Part shown: positions 34,277 to 50,596 of the stretch, piece after piece
Numbering within the stretch: the first letter of the stretch is position 1
How the letters are laid out: every line of letters begins with the position of its first letter
Assembly: GCF_000143415.4 (NCBI RefSeq)
Contig: NW_003314269.1
Location: 1,220,623 to 1,284,622 of the forward strand
DNA: 64,000 bases
From: Selaginella moellendorffii
Lineage: Eukaryota; Plantae; Lycopodiophyta
Direction: 5' to 3'
Notes under the pieces: model-generated
The model's database searches: none
What the model saw: only the letters and a program-made list of their open reading frames with translations
What the model was told of the DNA's origin: nothing
Translations under genes and position numbers: made by a program

Positions 34277-36766
34277 ATGGGCGAGCGGTGCTGGCTGGAA
34301 ATGGAGAGCTTCCCTGCGAGGCAACGGTTTCACGTAGAATCCGAGCGAGGGAGTGTGGAGGTGTCTTGGAGCAAGCTCCAGAAGCTCCTGCCCACCAATG
34401 CTGTTGCGACGAGTGCTAATCTCCTCGCCACCACCAGGCCTGGATTGGACTCTCGAATCGCTCCAGAGGTAGTACCTAGCGTTTTCTCCTCTTTTTTTCC
34501 TTTGCCTTTTCTTCTTGTTTCGTGTTTCTTTGTGTTTGTTCTTTGTTCTTGTAAGATTCCAAAGTTTTGGTCGCTGCTCAGATGATCTTCGAGCGAAGCT
34601 TATGTGAGTTTCGTGGAATTGTAGGTGGCTGCTGCGCACAAGGATGGGCGGATGAACGCCGTGATCGAGAAGATCGAGAGGCTCTACCAGGTAATGTGTT
34701 AGTAAAAAACTCGAGTTAGTTTTTTCTTTTTCAGTGCTCCTGACTTAGATGGAACTTGGGATTTGTCTCAGGGGCATTCCGAGGATGACGAAGGTGGCGA
34801 CGAGGACGATAAGACGACTTGCGTGCCCGCGGAGGAAGATTACGACACGGAGGATACTTTCATCGACGACGAAGATCTGGTAAGTATTACTTGTAGATTA
34901 CTTCTTTGTTCTTTCTCTAATGCTTGAAACACCGTCTAGGACGAGTACTTCGAGGTGAATAGGACCAAGACGAAGCACACGGGCTTCTACGTCAACAAGG
35001 GATCGCTGGAGAAGAGGGCTGTCGAGGGGAAGTAAGTTCTCTCTTAGCTAGTTCGTCCTTGCGGATAGAAAATGGCTTATGTGCTTGCTCTAGGAGTTTG
35101 GATGAAGCTTCTGGTCTCAAAGTCTACAAGAAGAGGAAGAGGCCGGCGCAGGAGAGGCCGCCAGCGTCGAAGAAGGCTAAGAGCGACGACGAGGACGCAG
35201 TGAAAGCTCCACAAGCGAACAACAAAAAAGCGAGCTTCACTAAAACGATCAAGGCTTGCGCAACCAAGGGCCCTCTAGCAGAGCGAAACAATGGCTTGTG
35301 TATCGATCCCAGCAACACCACCATTGCCAGCGACGAGATCGTAAGATTTTTTCGAGCTTCCTTTGAAAATGGTTGATGAGTGACTTTAACTAATCTATTG
35401 TTTTGTGAAGAAGACTCCTCCGAAGGAATCGAGTCCGGGAAGGAAGACTGGGCCGAAGCTCACGATGCTGGACAGGGCTATTCAGGAGCTGGAGAAAGAA
35501 GTGGCGGACCGTAAGTAGCTTTAAGAAAGAATTGCTTGAGGCTTAGATGATCTATGACAGGATGTCCACCCTCGATGGAGAAGAATCACGAAACCGAGTA
35601 CAAGAAGCGGATACCAAAGGAGGTTAAGGCACGGCTCGCCAAAGTTGCAAGGCTAGCGGTAGAGTTTATTAGTTTTTAGCAACGCTTGCTGTGAACTGAA
35701 GGTTTTGTGCAGCAAAAGCAAAGCAAGATCGGCCCGGAAGAGCTCCTCAACGTCCTGATGAAGATCATGGGACACTTGATGCAGATTAGATCTCTCAAGG
35801 TAAGATGTCCGCATTTTTTTTTTTCATAGCTAAATCGCTGCCTGCCTTGTGGTGTTCTAGAGAAACTTAAAGGAAATGGCTGAACTTGGAATATCGGCAC
35901 AAAAGGAGAAGCAATCTAAGCTGGAGACAATGAAGAAGGAAATCGTGGACATGCTGAAGTCTCGAATCACTCCACAACAATCAGCACAGGTAACTCTTTT
36001 CTCACTCTCTTTTTGAGCGAAGTTTTGCTCATTGTTTTCGTTTTTTCAGCAATGCGAAGAGGCAACCTGCGACGGACGCTACAGATGGGATGCGCCAACC
36101 GAGGACAGGATCAGCGATTTCTACGAGCTCTACGTCGAGGGGATTGACGAGCACAAATCCGCAGCAACCAAGAAATTCTACGCCGAGGTACTGTTTCCTT
36201 TCTAAAGAAGAAATGTTTTTCAATACGCATCACTCGACCAGCTTGCGGAGCTATGGCCGGAAGGTTGGATGGACAGCAATGGCATTAAAAACGCAGTGCT
36301 TCGCGCCAAGGAGCGAAAGAAAGGAGCCATGAAACAGGTCCACACATATGATCTCTTTCCTTTTCTAACATCTCATACGTTCCAGGCAAAGTTGGACGAG
36401 AGGAAACGCAAGAAGGCGACGGTGACGACGCCAAAATCCGTGAAGAAGCTGGAGTCTCCGCCAAAAACTTTGGAGCTCCAAGAGCACTACCAAGAACAAC
36501 GTAGGGAAGAACACGAGGAAGCTCGCGAAGAGGTAGTAGTAGAGGGTGTGAGGAGCTCCATGTCCATAGCTGTGATGAATCCCGCTAGCAGCACCACGCC
36601 GTGGAGAGATTGTCCATCCGGGAATGGAGGAGTAGTGATGCCAAGCTCGCTCCGGCAGATCAAGCGAAAGTTGCTAGACAAGGCGAGCAACAGGAGCTTC
36701 TGCGATAGCATCACTCCTCCTCCTTCCTCGTTGATGTGGATGGTCAAGGATCCAAAGCCTGGCTGA
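34277..36766 (+). CDS. UBN: Ubinuclein/HPC2-family HIRA complex subunit
   Basis: VSWSKL; MNAVIEKIERLYQ; HRD motif DYDTEDTFIDDEDL|DEYF..TKHTGFYVNKGSLE; KRIPKEVKARLAKVARLA; LAELWPEGWMD. Confidence 0.85.
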
Positions 36767-36975
36767 GTGGTGTCTCAAAGTTTTTTTTTTCTCTTCTTGG
36801 CTGATGGAACACTTGTTTTGGATCCAGGGAGTGGTGGTTTAGAAGAGGGGGAGTTTTTTCTTTTACACGGTCTGTGCAGAGAACAAGTGAGAGCGCCATT
36901 TAAAGTTTTGATACTTTGTTAACAAGATTATTTTGTAAGCTCGAAAGTATAGAATACAAAAAAAAAAAATCGATC

Positions 36976-39606
<2,631 letters not shown>

Positions 39607-39754
39607 TCCTCGCGCCTCCACAACCCTAGACCCTCTTAAACCCTAAATCTCTCTTTTAGGGTTCTTGAGGGTCAATGCCAGTCATGGGTCAGCGCTGGTC
39701 CATTAGAGAAATGGGCCGGATCTCGCGATTGCGGGCAGTGGGTTTTCCAGCGGA

Positions 39755-42027
39755 ATGCAGCCGCTCAAGACGCTGGTGGCGGCGGCAGCTATGGCACGGC
39801 AGTGGCTGCGATCGAGCGCAGCGCGCTGGCTTCCTCCCTCGACCGCCGCCGTGAGCCCTAGCTCCTCGCTCACAGCACACCAGGAAGAAGAATGCGGCAC
39901 GAAAGAGGTAACACCAGAGCCAGCTCCCATGGCGCAGGAGCAAGAGCTCCGCGATCCATCTCCAAGTTTGAGGCCGCCATGCATCGCGATTCTCCCCGAG
40001 GCTCCACATTTTGTGGAGGAGCGCGCCATGGAACTGGAGGAGCATTGCGAATCCCCGGAGAGTTCAGCGGAGATATCACTTCCAGGATCAATGGAGAGAA
40101 CTACACAAGACGATGGCAGTGATGATACCATTGCCACCATCCAGCGCACCGCCTCGCGAGTGACCAAGCTCGTGGAGCTCTCGGGCGGCCCGGGAAGCGC
40201 CAAGATCAAGAGGATCCTCTGGGAGAAGCGCCGCTCGAGGTCCCGGATCATTGCCCAGGTCCTCCAGAATCTAGACGACGCCGGCGCCGCCATCAAGTTC
40301 TTCCGCTGGGTGGCCTCGAGCAAAACCGGGCTGGGATTCAAGCACACCCCACACACCGCCAACTCGCTACTCCTCACTCTCATCAAGCTCGGCCAGGCGA
40401 CCAAGGCGCACGAGATCTTCACGGCGGGTCTCCCGGCGGGATGCCGGCCCGACCGCACGACCGTGTCGACCGTGCTGTACGGCCTGGTCGACTCGGGGCG
40501 GCTCCAGTGCGCTTGCGAGTTTTGCGGCGAGATCAAGCGCGTGGGGGTGCTGCCGTACGGCAAGGTTCTCAGCGTCCTGATCCAAGCGCTGTGCGCCGCC
40601 GGGGACGTGGATCGCGCGGTCAGGATCGGGCGGGAGCTGACGGTGGATCCGGCCGACTTCGCGTTTACGTACGGCATTTTGATCCACACGTTGTGCAAGC
40701 TCGGGGAGATTAGCGCTGCGTGGTCGCTCTTCTACGAGGTGAGTGTTTGCTTCTCTTTTGCTTCTTGGTAGAGACTGATAGTTATAGTTTCTCGATCAGA
40801 TAGATAGAGACATAGTTCCTCAATAGATAGAGATAGATCATAGTTTCTCGATGAGATAGATAGAGATAGACACTAGTTTCTCGATAGATCAGAGATAGAT
40901 CATAGTTTATAGATAGAGATAAAAAGATCATAGTTTCTGGATGGTTTTGTTTGCTTGGAGTTTTCCTCGATCGAATTCCTCGTTCTGATGGTTTCTCTAT
41001 TTTGCAGCTGCAAGACAAGGGCGGCTCTCTCGACGCCCAAGTCTACGCGTCGCTCCTCCACGGCCTGTGCAACGCTGGGGACCTCCAAGCCGTGCGCGCC
41101 CTCCTCGACGACATGGCCTCGCGCCACTTCCGCCTCGACGCTGCCATCTACAACACCCTCATCGCCGGCCTGTGCAAGGCGCGCAAGCCCCGCCACGCGC
41201 TCGAGCTCCTCCACGTCATGGCCGCCAACGGCTACGATGCCTCGGTGGTGACTTACACAACCCTCATCGACGGCCTGTGTAAGTCGGGCGACCTGGACGC
41301 CGCCCAGGCGCTCCTCCAAAAGATGGCGGACGCCGGCTGCGCGCCAAACGTGGTCACCTACACCGCGCTGATCGACGGCCTGTGTAAGGCGCGCCGCCCC
41401 CACGACGCCATCCAGACCGTCAAGCGCATGCTACGTAGCGGCTGCGAGCCCGACCTGGTGACGTACAACTCGCTCATCCACGGGCTCTGCATGGCCAACC
41501 GGATGGACGATGCCGGGCTCGTCCTCCAGGAGCTTGTACGGAATGGATTCGCGCCAAACCACATCACTTACTCGACGCTGGTCATTTGGAACTGCCGGCG
41601 GCGGCGGCTGGACCAGGCCCGGGGCTTGATCCGCGAGATGATCCTGCGCGGCTCGGTCTGTAACCTGGTGGTTTACATCGACTGCATATTTGGGTTTTGC
41701 GAGGCGCGGTGCCAGTCGTCGCGGTACGAGTGCCGGGACGGCGACGAGGTGTGGGAGCTGTTTGGGGTTTTGGAGGAGATGGTGGTGGAGGGGTGCCGGG
41801 GAGGGAGCATTGTTTTCGAGGGGGAGAGCTTGTACGACCCCATTAGCCGGCTGGAGAGAGTGGAGCAAATCGCCGAGTTTATGTTCCACAAGGGGTGTTT
41901 TGGGAGTGATGAGAGGTATGCCACCATACAGGGGGCGCTCACTTGCATAAAGAGGCTCAAAACTCCCAGCCAAGAGTGCGCGCGTTTTCACAGTAATCTC
42001 CCAGACCCTGAAAGAGGTGAAACTTAA
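39755..42027 (+). CDS. P-class pentatricopeptide repeat protein (2 exons; intron 40739-41007)
   Basis: AIKFFRWV..GFKHTPHTANSLL; repeats VVTYTTLIDGLCKSG, PNVVTYTALIDGLCK; phase-0 join YE|LQDKG. Confidence 0.85.
40783..40942 (+). repeat. About 28-30 bp GATA-rich minisatellite (about 6 copies) in the PPR intron
   Basis: Repeated atagtttctcgat..agatagatagaga units. Confidence 0.85.
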
Positions 42028-42210
42028 AGTTTTTGGGGCTTTAGATTCATACAGTGTAACCGCTTTAGGGTTTATATTTAAAAGAAGAATATGCTTACAA
42101 TTTGAAGAATATTCTCGAGCAGTTTTGTATAGGGTCTTGGTTAGGAATATACCAGAATATGCCCACCTGGAGTTTTGGGAAGATATTTCTTTCGCTTGGG
42201 TTCAGGGTTT

Positions 42211-44376
42211 ATGGCTATGGCGATGATGGCAGCGGCGGCGGCGTCGCTACACACAGAGCCCACCGTCGCAGCGTGTGCTTCTTCTTCTTCCAGTAGCTAT
42301 GTAGCAGCTTGCTCTTCCTCGTTTTCCTCGAATCGATCAACGCACAATGCCGATGCCTTGATCTGGGTTCTCAACTCCGACGCCACCAGGCTCCAGGAGG
42401 CATTGGAGCAGTGCTCCCGATCGTCGCTGAGCAGAGCCACCGTGAGCAGCGTTCTAAGAAATGCCAGGGACTGCGAGAGAGCTCTCACCTTCTACGACTG
42501 GGCAGCCACGCGCGGGGGGTTCCAGCACGACGCCGCCACCACAGGTACGCTGGTCCGGATGCTCGCCAAGAACAAGCGGCACGGCGAGGCGTTCTCGAGG
42601 CTTGCACAGGCGCTGGATCGAGGGCTCCGTCCAAACGCTGGAGTTTTCGCCGCGCTGCTCAGTGCTTGCGTCGCGGCCGGGGACCGGGACAAAGTCCGGG
42701 AGCTCTTCAAGCAGATGGAGCGGGCCAAAGTCAGTGTCGAAACGAAGAGGGTGAATGGGATCTTACATGACTTGTGCAGCGGGGACAAGATCGAGCAAGC
42801 ACTGGAGCTCCTCCAGGAGATGATAAACTCGAGCGTCGCCAACCTCTACACATACAACATTGTTGTTAGCTGCCTGTGCCGGCTCAAAAGAGTGGACGAA
42901 GCCCAGGTTTTGATGAGCGAGATGATCGAGAGTGGACGCATACCTGACGTTGTCACTTACAACACCTTCATCTCCGGGCTGTGCAAGGCCGGAAAGCTCG
43001 ACAAGGGCCTCGAAATGCTGGAAGAAATGGACCGCGGTGGGATTTCCCCCGACGTTGTCACCTTTTGCAGCATCATAAGTGGGCTCTGCAAGGCGAACAG
43101 GATCGACGATGCGTTTCAGGTGTTTAAAGGAATGCTGGAAAGAGGATGCGTACCGGACTCTCTCACGTACAGCATCATGCTCGACAATCTCTCGCGAGCA
43201 AACCGCCTGGACACCGTCGAGGAGGTGCTTGAACACATGGTGAAGTCGGGGCACTATGCGCTGTCGGCAACTTACGCTCCTCTTATTCACGCACTCATCC
43301 GAGCAGGAGATATCGAAAGCGCTTCCTGGGCCTACGAGCAAGCCATGGAAGCTGGTTGCGTTATGGAGGTGTACACCCACAACGCTTTCATCGGAGCTCT
43401 CTGCAGGTCCGGAAAGTTTCCATTAGCCAAAAACATCTTACTGGGAATGATCGAGAGCGGAAGCTTACCGAACTTACTGTCTTACAACTTTGTGATCGAT
43501 GGTCTCTGCAAATCTGGAAACGTCGACGACGCGTGGAAGCTGTCCCGCAAGATGCTTGACAGCGGTTGCTGCAAGCCCGACGTCATCTTCTTCAACACGT
43601 TGATAAGCGGCTTCTGCAAGGCAGGGAGGCTATCACAAGCCCAGCAGTTGCTGAAAGAGATGAAAGCAAAAAACATCTGCGTACCCGATGTGGTGACTTA
43701 TAACACAATGATCGACGGCCAGTCCAAATTCGGCAGCCTCAAACAAGCCAAGTTGCTACTCGAGGAGATGCAAGCCGTGGGCTGCAAGCCAAATGTTGTG
43801 ACTTATGCGGCGTTGATCAACGGCTATGCCAAGCATGGCATGTATGAGGAAGCCGAGAGCCTCTTTGACGAGATGTCTGCCAAAGGCTGCTTCCCAGATA
43901 TCATCACGTACAACACGGTCCTCAGTGCCTTCAGCAAAGCCGGGATGATGTCCAAGGCCGATGGAGTGTACCAGCAGCTCAAGAACAAAACCAGCTACTG
44001 CTCTCCAGATGCAATCACGTACAGGATCCTGATCGATGGATATTGCAGAGCCGGGGACACTGAGCAAGGCTTGACGTTGCTCCAGGAGATGACAGCTAGA
44101 GGTTGGAGCTGCGACTCCTACACGTATAATGTCCTCATTGCCAAGCTTGCGGAAACCGAGGAAGTCCCTTCCAAAGCTCTTGCAGTCTACCAGCAGATGC
44201 TTAACCAGGACTGTGTTCCCAGTGCCTCCATTTTCAACTCGCTGGTCAGGCTCTTTCTCAGGACAGGAGATGTAAACTCTGCGCGTAGCATGGTCCAGGA
44301 GATGAACGAGAAAGGCCACCTTGTCGATGCTAGCAACCTGGAAGCCCTGAACAAGGAGAGTAACGACGCTTCTTAG
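42211..44376 (+). CDS. P-class PPR protein, intronless
   Basis: Many tandem 35-aa repeats (PDVVTYNTFISGLCKAG etc.); first ATG at 42211. Confidence 0.93.
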   Translation: MAMAMMAAAAASLHTEPTVAACASSSSSSYVAACSSSFSSNRSTHNADALIWVLNSDATRLQEALEQCSRSSLSRATVSSVLRNARDCERALTFYDWAATRGGFQHDAATTGTLVRMLAKNKRHGEAFSRLAQALDRGLRPNAGVFAALLSACVAAGDRDKVRELFKQMERAKVSVETKRVNGILHDLCSGDKIEQALELLQEMINSSVANLYTYNIVVSCLCRLKRVDEAQVLMSEMIESGRIPDVVTYNTFISGLCKAGKLDKGLEMLEEMDRGGISPDVVTFCSIISGLCKANRIDDAFQVFKGMLERGCVPDSLTYSIMLDNLSRANRLDTVEEVLEHMVKSGHYALSATYAPLIHALIRAGDIESASWAYEQAMEAGCVMEVYTHNAFIGALCRSGKFPLAKNILLGMIESGSLPNLLSYNFVIDGLCKSGNVDDAWKLSRKMLDSGCCKPDVIFFNTLISGFCKAGRLSQAQQLLKEMKAKNICVPDVVTYNTMIDGQSKFGSLKQAKLLLEEMQAVGCKPNVVTYAALINGYAKHGMYEEAESLFDEMSAKGCFPDIITYNTVLSAFSKAGMMSKADGVYQQLKNKTSYCSPDAITYRILIDGYCRAGDTEQGLTLLQEMTARGWSCDSYTYNVLIAKLAETEEVPSKALAVYQQMLNQDCVPSASIFNSLVRLFLRTGDVNSARSMVQEMNEKGHLVDASNLEALNKESNDAS

Positions 44377-46178
44377 GCTCTTAAGAACTCGCACTCTTTC
44401 CTGTAATCCAGCTCCACGACTAAGTTGCTGTCGTCAGTCTGCTGTTTCCTCATCAGTGCGTAAGTCCTGCTGTTGGGAGATAATCCTCTGGAAATCATCT
44501 CCTGGAGAAGCCTGTACGCCTCGGAAACTCTCCCTGCCCGGTTGAGTGCGTCAATCAAAGTGTTGTAGATGACTTCGCGTGGTGCCAGCCCAGCACTCTT
44601 CATTTGCTGGAGCAGCAGGAGAGCGTCGTCAATGCGGTGGCCTCTACAGTAGCCGAAGACCATCATTCCAAACGTTAACCAGTCGGGAAGGATGCCCGAG
44701 CCTGTCATCCGCTTAAAGAGCTTGTGAGCCTCGTTTATCCTACTGCCCTTGCAGAGCCAGGAGAGTATCGCGTTGTAACAGCCAGGCTTTGGAACGCAGC
44801 CAGAGTTTTCCATCTCGTCCAGGAGGCTGTAAGCCTCGGCCAGCTTTCCTGCCTGGCAGAGCCCGTCTATCAGCGTAGTGTATCCATACACGTCCAGACG
44901 TATCTTCTTCTCGGTCATGGCACGAAAGAGCGCCAGAGCATCGTCAACTTTACCATACTTGCACAGCCCGTGCAAAAAAGTATTGTAAGTTACGTGGTTG
45001 GGCTCATGACCTCTGCCGGTCATCTCCTGGAGTATCTCAAGGGCCCTGTGAAGCTTCTCCTCTTTGCAGAAGCCATCGATCAAAAGGTTGTACGTGACAA
45101 TGGTCGGAGAAACTCCCATTGATCTCATGGTCTCGATGAAACCATACGCCTCTGCTGACCGTCCCTCCTTGCAAAGCGCGTCCATGATCCCATTGAAAAC
45201 CAGCGCATTTGGAAAGCATCCCCGCTCCCCCATGACTTCCACGAGCTCGAACGCATCTGTCAACCTGTTGGCCTTGCACAGCCCGTCCACCAGGATCCCG
45301 AAAGTCACCACCGTAGGAATGCAGCCTTTCTCCGCCATGTCGTCCACCAAAAGAAACGCTTGCGAGAAGCTCTGGACTCCGCAAAGGGTCTTGATGATCG
45401 CGTTGTACATAGACGCGCAGGGAGTGCAGCTCATGCCCTCTAGAACCTGGCAAGCGTCGTCGAGTCGTCCCAGCCGGCAGTATCCATGGACCAAAGTAGT
45501 GTAAGTGAAGCCATCGCCTTTGATCCCCTTGGCCTCCATCTCTAGCAGGAGCTGGCGAGCCTCGTCGATCCGGGTCTGCTTGGAGAGCTTGTCCATGACG
45601 ATGTTGCACGAAACGGAGCTCGCAGCGTGAGAAAACTCTCGCAGCACCCACAAACCATCGTCAACCTTGAGCCCCTTGAGCATGATGTTGAGCATTCTCG
45701 TGTCTGGAACCACTCCCAAGCTCCGCATTTTCTTGAGAAGCTCAAAGGCCTGGATTGTTTGCCCGCTGTCCGAGAGCCTCAGCATCACCAGGCTACAGAG
45801 AAATTGGTCTGGCTCGGGCCCCAATCGTGCCGCATCCATCAGAAGCTCGTACGCCTCTTGATACCTCATCGCGCGGCAGAGAAACGAGACTGTGGTTCGA
45901 AGATTTCTGAAACTGTGCGTGTAGTGTGGCCGGGAGCCCGCCCACCGGTAGAAATCAAATGCCTTGCGCCATTCCTGGACAGATTGCAGCACCTCATAGA
46001 CCACATTCTCGGGTAGCGACGATTTCCTCAGGGATTCCAGGCCCTGGATCCAATCCGGGCGCGAGAGAACCGCAAGAACTTCCTGCGAACGCTGCCCGGG
46101 CAGCACCTGGCGGCCGGAATCCGAGCAGAAGTACCTCAATGCGAGCGTCCGCGCGCCTCGATCCGAGCGCCTCCACAT
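44373..46178 (-). CDS. P-class PPR protein, intronless, probable mitochondrial presequence
   Basis: MWRRSDRGARTLALRYFCS; repeats PTVVTFGILVDGLCKAN, PNHVTYNTFLHGLCKYG. Confidence 0.93.
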   Translation of the reverse strand: MWRRSDRGARTLALRYFCSDSGRQVLPGQRSQEVLAVLSRPDWIQGLESLRKSSLPENVVYEVLQSVQEWRKAFDFYRWAGSRPHYTHSFRNLRTTVSFLCRAMRYQEAYELLMDAARLGPEPDQFLCSLVMLRLSDSGQTIQAFELLKKMRSLGVVPDTRMLNIMLKGLKVDDGLWVLREFSHAASSVSCNIVMDKLSKQTRIDEARQLLLEMEAKGIKGDGFTYTTLVHGYCRLGRLDDACQVLEGMSCTPCASMYNAIIKTLCGVQSFSQAFLLVDDMAEKGCIPTVVTFGILVDGLCKANRLTDAFELVEVMGERGCFPNALVFNGIMDALCKEGRSAEAYGFIETMRSMGVSPTIVTYNLLIDGFCKEEKLHRALEILQEMTGRGHEPNHVTYNTFLHGLCKYGKVDDALALFRAMTEKKIRLDVYGYTTLIDGLCQAGKLAEAYSLLDEMENSGCVPKPGCYNAILSWLCKGSRINEAHKLFKRMTGSGILPDWLTFGMMVFGYCRGHRIDDALLLLQQMKSAGLAPREVIYNTLIDALNRAGRVSEAYRLLQEMISRGLSPNSRTYALMRKQQTDDSNLVVELDYRKECEFLRA

Positions 46179-46414
46179 CGGAAGCTATAAACCCTAAAAC
46201 ATTTCTGATAAGCCCTGGCTCCATCCAGCCGTCCACGTGGCTGGAAAGCCAAGTGGATACCGAATATCCATGGCACTCTCCAGAACCATCCTCGCTCTTC
46301 TAGGAGCGTCCAAGTGGCAGTATAAAAATCTCTTCCCGTTCCTCGCAGTGGATCATTCACAGCGATAGCAAGTTTCTTTAGCAAGGTTTGCGACAGAGAG
46401 AAGAAAGAAAAGCG

Positions 46415-47126
46415 ATGGCACTCACTCCCTTCTTCAAGCGCGGTGATCTCACCAGCATTTTCGACAGCCCCCTCGATCGCTTCTTCGATCCATCGGCGAT
46501 CTTCGAGAGCGGCCCATCTCGCCAGTTCGCCAAGGATGCCAGCGCCGTCGCCAACACCCGCGTGGATTGGGTTGAGACCCCGGATGCGCATGTCATCAAG
46601 GCCGATCTTCCAGGTAATATTCTCCGAAATCTTGACAATCCCCGTTCTTCCTCTCTTTTCGCCCTTCCTCGCTTGATCTTCTTTGTAACGAGTCGATATT
46701 TCGAGAGATCGAGAGGAAATGTCTGAGGTTTGCTGGCGTTCTCGCTTGATCCATCGATTGATCTTTCGATCTTGATTGCTCTTTTCTGATCGTTCTCTCT
46801 CTCTCTCTCTCTCTCCCCTTTATCTGTCCTGATTATGTTCTCGTTGATGATCTTGTCCAGGACTGAGCAAGGAGGAGATCAAGATCGAGATCCAGGATGG
46901 CAACACGCTGGTTCTCAGCGGCGAGCGCAAGAAGGAAAGCACGCAGGAGACGGACAAGTGGCACCGCGTGGAGCGCTCGTATGGCTGCTTCTTGAGGAAG
47001 TTCCGACTGCCCGAGGACTCCAAGGTGGAAGAGATCAACGCGAAGGTGGACAACGGCGTCCTCACCATCAACGTCCCCAAATCGAAGGAAACCAAGCCCG
47101 AGACCCGCTCTATCAATGTGGCTTAG
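46415..47126 (+). CDS. Small heat-shock protein (HSP17/18, cytosolic class I-like), intron 46613-46860
   Basis: ANTRVDWVETPDAHVIKADLP|GLSKEEIKIE..LSGERKKE..WHRVERSYGCFLRKFRLP..NGVLTINVPK; TATAAA 46321. Confidence 0.92.
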
Positions 47127-47155
47127 ATCAATGAGTCGAACGAGAGAAACCAGCT

Positions 47156-47495
47156 TGGGTCGGGTTATAGCTTGATTGTGGTCTGTTTTGTGGTCTAGCT
47201 TTGATGTAAAGGTCCTCGAATCGAAGTTTTTCCTTTTATCATGATAAATAAAGTGTGACAACCGATGGTAAAAAATGTGAAAGCTGGTTAAACCATGTAA
47301 AGTTGATGGGTGGGTCGGGTTATAGCTTGATCATGATCTGTTTTGGTCTAGATGTAAAAGACAACGAATTCGATTGATCAGTATAAACAAGAATAACACA
47401 TGTAAATTATTTAAGGAAAAAAAAGATGGGGTCACTTGGACTTCCCTTTTATCATTATAAATAAAGTGTGATGACCTGGTTACACCATGTAAAGT
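47156..47495 (+). repeat. Diverged tandem duplication (about 155-185 bp units) of the sHSP 3' region
   Basis: tgggtcgggttatagcttgat, ccttttatcat..taaataaagtgtga and ctggtta.accatgtaaagt each occur twice in the same order. Confidence 0.8.
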
Positions 47496-48362
47496 CTTCT
47501 TTTGTAAGATCAGCAAATGTGGTGTCTTCATATTTGGTGAATTCCAGTAAATTCTGGTTAAACCGCTCTTGCAAGATTTTTAGGGCATCTCTTGGCTTTC
47601 TTTGAAGCAACTCCTTCCCTGCATGCTTTTAGTGGACAGTCGTCAGGGAGGAGGTAATTACTATTCACTATGAGTAGGGCTCACTTCACGTCTCTTAATC
47701 TGAGCTCCAGAGGTATCGAATGCTCAGCAGGATGACCATTCATCGAACGATTACTTCATATTTGGGCAAGCGTGAAAGCGCTCGATCGCGAGGTTATGAA
47801 ATTTAGATGCCCTCCAAGGGCGCCAAAGTGCCAGTTTCGGGCCGTTATTATGCCCATATTGGGCATACGCTCGGGGAGCTCTGGCATGATCGAATCAGCT
47901 CACGATCGTGCATGACCGGAATATGCCCCGGACATGGCCGTTATAGAGCATATGCCGTCACTTTTTTGAGATCTTTTTGCCCGTTGATCGGCCGCTGCCC
48001 GTGAATTGCGTCGGCGGGAAAAACTATATGGCCGGCCGGCCGGCCGGCGGATTTCAAATTCTCTTCCAAATCCGGCTAACTGGGCTTCCCTCTCTTTTAG
48101 ACAATCCCTCTTGCTCTTTCTATATAGTGGTTTTTGGGGGTCCTGTGTGTGTGAGCTCGAGAAAGCGGCTGCGGCGCGCCCTAGCTCTTCTTCCTCTCCG
48201 CGAGAGAGGTTCGTCGGATTCAGCGCCTCCGCCTCGCCGCTCGACAAGGTATGCGCCGTGATCTTGAGGTTCTCTGTCGATTGCCGCCTTTTTCTCTGGG
48301 CGCATTCTTGTTTCGTGCTTTTCCCTGGTGTTTTCTTGCGATGCTTGCCAAATGCGGGCTAG

Positions 48363-49915
<1,553 letters not shown>

Positions 49916-50596
49916 TATGTCTCGCCCAAAAGGTGGAGTAGTGATTTCTCCAGTGACCGAGCTTCTCCTTTTCCTGACCATCGTTTTTTCCCTGGTTTCT
50001 TCTATAGTGGTTTAGATTAGATGATTTATAGCTACTGCTGTGTTCTTTGTATCTCAATCAAGCTTACTTGATGGTTTGTTCTTTCTACGTGGAAATTAAA
50101 GTTTACAAATAATTCTTTTATCCAACGGCAACTTGGATTGTGTGTTTGAACGAACGGCTGAGATTTCGTGGGCAGTTGGATGTATATGCCACGTTCGATT
50201 CGCACCAGGTGCTGTAGTAAATCCGACACGTCAGCAAGAGATGGGACAGCTCGAACAGCCGCAATTTTTCGTACAAGCTCGTGGAACACGAGAAATTTGA
50301 GACATATTTAGGGCGGATTGTTAATGTGCTAGACTGCTGCAGCAATGGCGCAGCTATGGTGAATCGCGAGGCATTGGCGCAGCTCTTCCCGGCGATTTTC
50401 CAGCTCCTGGATGAATCTCCTCGCTGGTAAAGCAGTGGCCCCGGGAGGGTTTTGTGGAGATCCAGCCGCGCCGGGGCCCCGGAGCTCGCAGAGTATCAGC
50501 ATTGGGAAGCGCGGGGCAGTAGAGCAAGGGGGAAGGATTTGCGCTGCGCGAGGGGGAGAAGCTCCATCGACACTGGATTCACTCTTAGGGTTTGAG

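Noticed and set aside
40783-40942. CRISPR-like repeat array
   Set aside because: Eukaryotic intron, no unique spacers, low complexity
39703-46016. Numerous overlapping 150-330 aa ORFs opposite PPR genes
   Set aside because: Expected from GC-rich intronless coding sequence; no independent motifs
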